Origin: Candidatus Moraniibacteriota bacterium
GTDB taxonomy: Bacteria; Patescibacteriota; Minisyncoccia; Moranbacterales; UBA1568
NCBI GenBank assembly: GCA_963778555.1
Contig: CAVZUR010000004.1
Span: 26,190-90,189 of the forward strand
Direction of reading: 5' to 3'
Length of the DNA: 64,000 nucleotides
Within the stretch, counting starts at the first letter, position 1. Each line of letters starts with the position of its first letter. The translations under genes and the position numbers were made by a program. Under the pieces are notes generated by a model. The model was not told the DNA's origin. It saw only the letters and a list, made by a program, of their open reading frames with translations, and ran no database searches. This document shows positions 58,626 to 64,000 of this stretch, one piece after another.

Positions 58626-59216
58626 ATGCGATATCCGAAAGCCTTCGAATCCCTCATCCATCATTTCTCCAGCCTTCCTTCGATCGGACCGAAGATGGCT
58701 GAGCGTCTCGTACTCTATCTCTTCAAACAGGACGAGGAAAAGCTCGTGGCTTTCGCTGAGAGCCTCGAGGGATTGAAACATCTGTCGAGTTGCCGCGAAT
58801 GTTTTTACATTTCCGAATCCGAACTCTGCGGTTTCTGTAGCGACGACTCGCGTGACCAAACCACCATCTGCGTCGTGGAAGAGCCCCTCGATGTCATCGC
58901 CATCGAGCGCACGGGCAGCTACCATGGCCGCTACCATGTGCTCGGTGGAGTCCTTGATGCCGGCACAGCAGATGAGACACTCCGCGTAACAGAACTCCAG
59001 CACCGCATCACGGATTCATCAGTCGAGGAAGTGATTCTCGCCACCAATCCGACGACCGAAGGCGATATGACCGCCTATTTCCTCAAGACCAAACTCGCGG
59101 CATTCCCCGTGAAAGTGACTCGGATTGCCCGCGGGATGGCGACCGGCGGCGACATTGAGTATGCCGACGAACTCACCCTCTCATCCTCTCTTGAGAATCG
59201 CAAAGCACTGAATTGA
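58626..59216 (+). CDS. recR: Recombination protein RecR
   Basis: Helix-hairpin-helix N-terminus, C4 zinc finger (CRECFYISESELCGFC) and Toprim domain, 196 aa. Confidence 0.9.
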   Translation: MRYPKAFESLIHHFSSLPSIGPKMAERLVLYLFKQDEEKLVAFAESLEGLKHLSSCRECFYISESELCGFCSDDSRDQTTICVVEEPLDVIAIERTGSYHGRYHVLGGVLDAGTADETLRVTELQHRITDSSVEEVILATNPTTEGDMTAYFLKTKLAAFPVKVTRIARGMATGGDIEYADELTLSSSLENRKALN

Positions 59217-59261
59217 CACTCCGTATTAAAAAAACCACCCACTTGTGCGGGTAGTTTTATG

Positions 59262-59567
59262 TTAAGCGGCAATCTTCGTAATTTCAATTGCCGTGTAGTC
59301 CTGGCGATGCCCATAACGGGTCATTTCACGCTTCTTGGCTTTGTGCCGGATACCGGTCACCTTCGCGTGGCGGCCATGGGCGACGACTTTCCCTTCAACA
59401 TGGGTCTTTACGGCCGGAACGCCGATCTCAATCGCGCTTTCGTCCCCGATAAACAGGGTCTCAAATTTCAGGGTATTACCGGGCTCAGCCTCAAGCTTTT
59501 CGACTTTGACCACATCGCCTTCCGCGACTTTGTATTGCTTTCCACCGGTCTTGATAACAGCGATCAT
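59262..59567 (-). CDS. rplU: 50S ribosomal protein L21
   Basis: MIAVIKTGGKQYKVAEGDVVKVEKL...GHRQDYTAIEITKI. In the ORF track it is fused to the upstream alaS frame, but it starts at its own ATG 59567. Confidence 0.85.
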   Translation of the reverse strand: MIAVIKTGGKQYKVAEGDVVKVEKLEAEPGNTLKFETLFIGDESAIEIGVPAVKTHVEGKVVAHGRHAKVTGIRHKAKKREMTRYGHRQDYTAIEITKIAA

Positions 59568-59638
59568 AGGTCTCGAAAAAAATGATACTGCCTGAGTATA
59601 GCCCGAGAATGAGCCATTGTCAATCCAGCTACCCGGCT

Positions 59639-61406
59639 TTATTCCAAAATAGCTTTTATTCGTCTGACGCCCGCCGAAGATGCCTCTTCCTTGATGATCT
59701 TGAAGCTGTCCAAACGCCGCGATATCAGCCGTCGTGACCACATGCGGGCCGCCGCAGAGCTCCTGGGAATAGGCAGTCCCATCGGGTCCGACCACCCGGT
59801 AGACAGTCACCTTTTCGGGGTATTTCTCCCAAAAGCTCCCTTCCACCCCAGCGGCCTTGGCGGCAGTCTTGTCCATGATTGTGGTACTGACGGTCGCTTT
59901 GGCTTCGATTGCCGCGTTCACAAAGGCTTCGACCCGATCCAGCGTCTCGCGCGGCACTTTTTCAGGATACGTGAAATCAAAACGGGTGCGCTCAGCGGTG
60001 ATATTCGAGCCCGCCTGATGCACTTCGCCGCCGAGTTCCTGGCGTAGGGCTGCCAGCATGAGGTGCGTCGCTGTATGGAACGCCGTCACTTTAGCACTCT
60101 TATCTGCTAACCCGCCTTTGAATTTCCCGACGCTCGCCGTACGGGAGAGATTTTGATGTTTCTTGAATTCTTCACGAAACGCTGATTCATCAATCATGAT
60201 GCTATGCTCTTGGGCGAGTTCTCGAGTCATTTCAAGCGGGAAGCCGTATGTCGCGAAGAGATCAAAGGCATCTTTGCCCGAGAGCGTGCCAGCCTGCGCG
60301 CGGCGACCCAACTCCTTGAGTCCCTTTGAAAGCGTTGCTCGGAACTTGGTTTCTTCCCGGTTCAACTCATCAATTATCCGTCCCCCGTTGTCACGGATCG
60401 ACGCATAGACGGTTTCGAATTTCACCATGAACAGCTTTGCGATTGCAGCGATGGCCGGCTCCTCATATCCCATTTTATAGAATTCTCGAATCGCCCGTCG
60501 AATGAGTCGGCGCAGAATATATCCCTGATCGACATTCTTCGGAACGATGCCGTCGGCAATGATATGAGTAGCAGCCCGAAGATGATCGGCAATAATACGC
60601 GCTGAACGTTCGACATACCGTTCGGTGGTTACGATGCCGCGGATCGCCTCAAGCACATCGGCAAACGCATCGGTCTCATAGACGTTCTTCAGCCCGTTCA
60701 GCGTGACGATGGTGCGCTCCAGCCCCATACCAGTATCCACGCAGGGGGCAGGCAACCTATCAAGCGTGTCGGCATCGATGCGGTTGTACTGCATGAAGAC
60801 ATTGTTCCAAATCTCCATCCATGCCTTGGGGTGAGACTCTTTATTTCCGACTGGCGCGCCGTCCCCGACCCAGTAGAAAATCTCCGTATCCGGCCCGCAG
60901 GGACCAGTCGGACCAGCGGCCCACCAATTGTCTTCGGCTGGGAGATAGGCGATACGCTCTTTGGGCATCCCTAAGGATTCCCAGATCTTGGCCGACTCTT
61001 CATCACGCGGTGCATTCTCATCACCTTTAAAGACGGTGACGGAGAGTTTATCAGGAGAAAGTCCAAGCCATTGCGTGTCAGTCAGGAATTCCCAGGACCA
61101 AGCGATCGATTCCGGCTTGAAGTAGTCGCCCAATGACCAATTGCCGAGCATCTCAAAGAAGGTGAGGTGGGTGTCATCGCCGACATCATCAATATCGCCC
61201 GTCCGGACGCATTTTTGCACGTCAGTGATGCGCTTCCCCATTGGATGCGGCTTGCCGAGGAGGTACGGAACGAGCGGCTGCATGCCGGCCGTATTGAACA
61301 AGACTGAAGGGTCATTTTCGGGTACCAGCGGCGCCGACGGGATGATAGCGTGACCTTTGGTCTTGAAAAATTCCAGATATTTCTGGCGGATGTCATTCGT
61401 CTGCAT
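59639..61406 (-). CDS. alaS: Alanyl-tRNA synthetase, short form lacking the C-terminal C-Ala/DHHA1 region, with one frameshift near 59705
   Basis: Class II AlaRS catalytic core (MQTNDIRQKYLEFFKTKGH...FNTAGMQ), tRNA-recognition and editing domain (HTATHLMLAALRQELG...CGGPHV). After ...TTADIAAF the conserved FKIIKEEASSAGVRRIKAILE* continues in the +1 frame and stops at 59639-59641, about 590 aa in total. Confidence 0.75.
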
Positions 61407-61416
61407 AGAGGAAAAG

Positions 61417-61635
61417 CTAGCGGATGGCTCGTTCGACACCTTTCTTGATATCACGCGAGAGCTTCCATGACAACAGTTGGTCGATCGCTTCGATCGCACC
61501 GGCGGCATCGATTGATCGCGCTTCGAATTGTCTCCCGATGGCCTTGATTGAGGAGCGGAGAAAACTCGTGTCCGAGATGTTCGGACTCTTCAAGATTTCG
61601 GGCATTACCTGCGAGACAAATGTGTCAGCCTTCAT
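61417..61635 (-). CDS. Small hypothetical protein (72 aa)
   Basis: ORF 11 nt upstream of alaS; no motif recognised. Confidence 0.3.
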   Translation of the reverse strand: MKADTFVSQVMPEILKSPNISDTSFLRSSIKAIGRQFEARSIDAAGAIEAIDQLLSWKLSRDIKKGVERAIR

Positions 61636-61644
61636 AGTGTATCG

Positions 61645-61920
61645 TTAGCGCTTGAAGCTCTGGCGCTTCATGCGCAAAAGATCTGCGTCGACGCCCTGTA
61701 TCTTCAGAATGATGCCTTTTCTCTCCGCAATTCGCGAATCCAGATGGAGCTGTCGCTCTTTGAGATCCCGCTCCATAGAGCGAATCTCGGCATCTAATTC
61801 GTCTGAGTGCCGAACCAAACGCGAACGGTCAGACTGAAGCATGAATACCTCGCTCTCGCTGCGTCGTTTTTTCACGTGGCTGGCCCGAACTTCGTCCGGA
61901 CTACTTTCATCCTCTGTCAT
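61645..61920 (-). CDS. Coiled-coil hypothetical protein (91 aa)
   Basis: Charged, heptad-like sequence; possibly a division/septation-type coiled-coil protein. Confidence 0.3.
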   Translation of the reverse strand: MTEDESSPDEVRASHVKKRRSESEVFMLQSDRSRLVRHSDELDAEIRSMERDLKERQLHLDSRIAERKGIILKIQGVDADLLRMKRQSFKR

Positions 61921-61934
61921 AGAATCATAATTGC

Positions 61935-63785
61935 TTATTCATCTTCACTCGAAATAATACGGACTGTCACACGCTCGGGATCATCCGGAATCGTTGCGAT
62001 GAATATCTTTGGTTTGAATTCAACCTGAAGGCGCTTGATTTCCGGATGAGACGAGAGGAAGTTCCGAATGCCATCTTCATTGAGTCCGAGGAGTTCCGAC
62101 TTCAATCCTGCTTCGTTCAGTGCAGAACGGAACAGCACCTTGCTTTCAACAGTCAGATCCACTCGTTTCGCCTCGAAATTCGAGAGCACGGCGCCGTAGT
62201 CGATCACATACTCAGCCGGTCGCAGCAGCACCCCGCCCGACTCTACCGTCTCCTTGTCAAGGATACCCCGGATGGCGGTTTCGGAGATGATAAACCCCTT
62301 CACTTGGAAACGTGCCTCATAATCGAACTGGGTCGCCGCCGTCCCGACCGCGGGCGCCACAGGCGTCCCGACGAGCGAGGTCTGAAAGGATGGTTCGAGC
62401 ACAGCTTCTCCTGCTTCCAATCCCTGTGCAAAGTCCGCCATGACCGATTTTTTCGCCTCGTCTTCAGCAGCAGTTTTGGCGCGCTCGATATCATTTGCAC
62501 TCACACTCGAAGGCTGATCCGAGTCTCCATCACTCCCCCCAGTCAAGGGTGTTTTCACTCTCGCTGTGATCTTTTCATATTTCGGACCGCCTTTGAAACC
62601 CGGTATCATGAAAGTTCCTGATCCGATATTGAAGCTGGTTCCCGCACTATCCGCAACGACGCGCGCATCAATCGTACCCGGTACAGATTTGCCATCGACT
62701 GTTTTTGTACCCGGTACGGTTAAACCCTCCACCAGCCGATAGAGCTTGCCATCAGAAGTCTCAAACCGAGTCGTCGCCACCAACGATTGTGCCGCATCAC
62801 TGTATTCGTTGAGAATCGTAATGAGACCGCTCGCCTTGGCCCGATTTCCAGAATCTTTTCCGGTTGCCTCCTGTGAAAATCGGATAGTCTTTTCTGCCTC
62901 GACATAGCGGGCGGGAACATTCACTGCCCCAGTCGCCGCGTCCGCCGTCCCAACAAGCGAGAGCTTGACGGACTGTACGGCTGTTTGCGGCTCGATGGAA
63001 ATGACGGCTTCCGGTCGCAGGAAAAAATAACCAGCAAGAACCGATGCCGCCAAAAGACTTGCGCCGACTCCCAACCACAGTCCTGGCCGGCCAACGGAAT
63101 GCGCTTCATTAACGCGTGCCGGCGCCGAAACTGCTACCGTTTGAGGTGCAGTCGCGGGAGCCATAGTCGGACGATTCGGCATACCTTTGCTCTCGAATAG
63201 TCGCCGAAGCTTCTCTTTGCGGGCATCAGGGACAGCAGTGGGTCTCTCGCTTTGCGCTACTGCACGAGATTGTTGGGTCGGGCGCTTGGAATTGAGCGCA
63301 GTCTGAACAATCGGTGACGCATTCCTCACCCGGAGCGGTAGCGGAGGAGTAGGTGGAGTAATTATCCCCTCTTGGGGAATCAGCGTCGTTTGTGCGGCAT
63401 AAAAGCTGGACGAGCCGATTTCATCGGAACGTCGGAGACCGACCGGCTCTTCTTTCTCAGGCATCGGTATAGATTCGCCGTGTTTGACGGTAAAGCGCGC
63501 TGCCATCTCCGGACGGTTCTCGCGGAGCACGGCGTCTTGATACTCCTGAACCCGCAGTCCCGACTTCTCTGCCAGACGCATACCCTGTTCGTCCTGACTC
63601 ATCACTATCACTTTCTTGCCGAGCTTGTCTGCCTCGCGACCCAAGAGCTTCAGATTGATGATGCTTTGGAGAATAAGTGCACGCTTTGGGAATACGAAAA
63701 TATTTTCCGCTTCGCTCGAACGCCGCAACCGGCCGACAGCGCTGATAATCTCTTCGTCTGATTCGATATAATGCGTCTCTGGCAT
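61935..63785 (-). CDS. Large single-pass membrane protein with N-terminal cytoplasmic domain, Pro-rich linker and large extracytoplasmic region (hypothetical)
   Basis: 616 aa; N-terminal domain of about 90 aa; TM PGLWLGVGASLLAASVLAGYFFL; Ala/Thr/Gly-rich beta-rich ectodomain. Confidence 0.45.
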   Translation of the reverse strand: MPETHYIESDEEIISAVGRLRRSSEAENIFVFPKRALILQSIINLKLLGREADKLGKKVIVMSQDEQGMRLAEKSGLRVQEYQDAVLRENRPEMAARFTVKHGESIPMPEKEEPVGLRRSDEIGSSSFYAAQTTLIPQEGIITPPTPPLPLRVRNASPIVQTALNSKRPTQQSRAVAQSERPTAVPDARKEKLRRLFESKGMPNRPTMAPATAPQTVAVSAPARVNEAHSVGRPGLWLGVGASLLAASVLAGYFFLRPEAVISIEPQTAVQSVKLSLVGTADAATGAVNVPARYVEAEKTIRFSQEATGKDSGNRAKASGLITILNEYSDAAQSLVATTRFETSDGKLYRLVEGLTVPGTKTVDGKSVPGTIDARVVADSAGTSFNIGSGTFMIPGFKGGPKYEKITARVKTPLTGGSDGDSDQPSSVSANDIERAKTAAEDEAKKSVMADFAQGLEAGEAVLEPSFQTSLVGTPVAPAVGTAATQFDYEARFQVKGFIISETAIRGILDKETVESGGVLLRPAEYVIDYGAVLSNFEAKRVDLTVESKVLFRSALNEAGLKSELLGLNEDGIRNFLSSHPEIKRLQVEFKPKIFIATIPDDPERVTVRIISSEDE

Positions 63786-63801
63786 ACGCCCGTCCGTTGG
63801 T

Positions 63802-64000
63802 TATTTTTTTTCGATTGATTCCATGCTTCGCTGGAGGATGCCGGTGAGTATCGGCTCCTCGTCCAGGGCATTGAGGAGTGCAAGGTGAGCGAGTCCCATG
63901 GGAGTGATGTCCTGAGGGTTATTCAGCTCGCCGGTCTCGTCGACGATACGCGCGATATCATGTGGCTGGAGATAGCTGATCTGCGGCGGTTTCGCGAAGG
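63802..64000 (-). CDS. C-terminal fragment of a gene whose N-terminus runs off the window edge (hypothetical)
   Basis: Hand translation: ...FAKPPQISYLQPHDIARIVDETGELNNPQDITPMGLAHLALLNALDEEPILTGILQRSMESIEKK*, with the stop as the complement of 63801-63803. Confidence 0.35.

Overview
The window is a 64 kb bacterial chromosomal segment. By eye the GC content is in the mid-to-high 50s %, I saw no rRNA genes or CRISPR arrays, and I recognise no transposases or integrases. The most unusual element is a CIRCE/HrcA heat-shock operon that encodes a Nudix–GrpE fusion protein followed by a heavily frameshifted dnaK. The gene content (LCP protein, TagA-like enzyme, priA-def-fmt synteny, many glycosyltransferases, FtsEX next to an M23 activator) suggests a monoderm-type, possibly small-genome lineage, but I cannot assign a taxon.

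Main content, left to right:
- 1–16 kb: a large cell-envelope glycan locus (five GT4 and two GT2 glycosyltransferases, a polytopic GT-C-like membrane protein, an O-antigen-ligase/Wzy-like protein, an LCP protein, a UDP-sugar 6-dehydrogenase, a CobW-type GTPase and an HD hydrolase). Several gene junctions are ATGA start/stop overlaps.
- 16.6–21.3 kb: groES with a CIRCE-like operator (no groEL next to it), a rhodanese-domain protein, and a priA-def-fmt cluster in which PriA appears to have lost its Walker A/B motifs.
- 21.4–34 kb: a thpR-like 2H phosphoesterase, a frameshifted tagA-like gene, gltX, an EnvC-like M23 peptidase, a nucleotide-signalling neighbourhood (a Nudix protein, a GGDEF cyclase with I-site, a Cas4/RecB-type nuclease), two small lipoproteins, tRNA-Gln(CUG), a second HD hydrolase, and the prfB-ftsE-ftsX operon with the canonical programmed +1 frameshift site in prfB, followed by tRNA-Thr(CGU).
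- 34–47 kb: a DsbA-like oxidoreductase, three GNAT acetyltransferases, a DM13-domain protein, engB, a PepSY-domain protein, glgC, an ArsR-family regulator, DUF1801 and DUF3467 proteins, and several small unknown genes, including a three-gene cassette behind a strong promoter.
- 46.9–47.9 kb: a low-GC island carrying a frameshifted HEPN-like gene with an Rx4HG motif, flanked by a repeated palindromic motif that also sits in the arsR promoter.
- 47.9–53.2 kb: a frameshifted membrane-protein gene, then the CIRCE/HrcA-controlled operon hrcA, Nudix–grpE fusion, hsp20 and dnaK, with dnaK broken by at least six frameshifts.
- 53.3–64 kb: yidD, corA, cysS, dnaB, recR, rplU and a short-form alaS.

Window-wide, many conserved genes carry single-base frameshifts (tagA-like, engB, glgC, dnaK, corA, alaS and some membrane proteins) while their translated pieces remain well conserved. 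Consensus indel error is the most economical explanation; recent gene decay is the alternative.

The supplied ORF track omits edge-truncated ORFs and uses GTG/TTG as well as ATG starts. A partial GT4 gene at 1–798 (minus) and a partial gene at 63802–64000 (minus) were added by hand translation.
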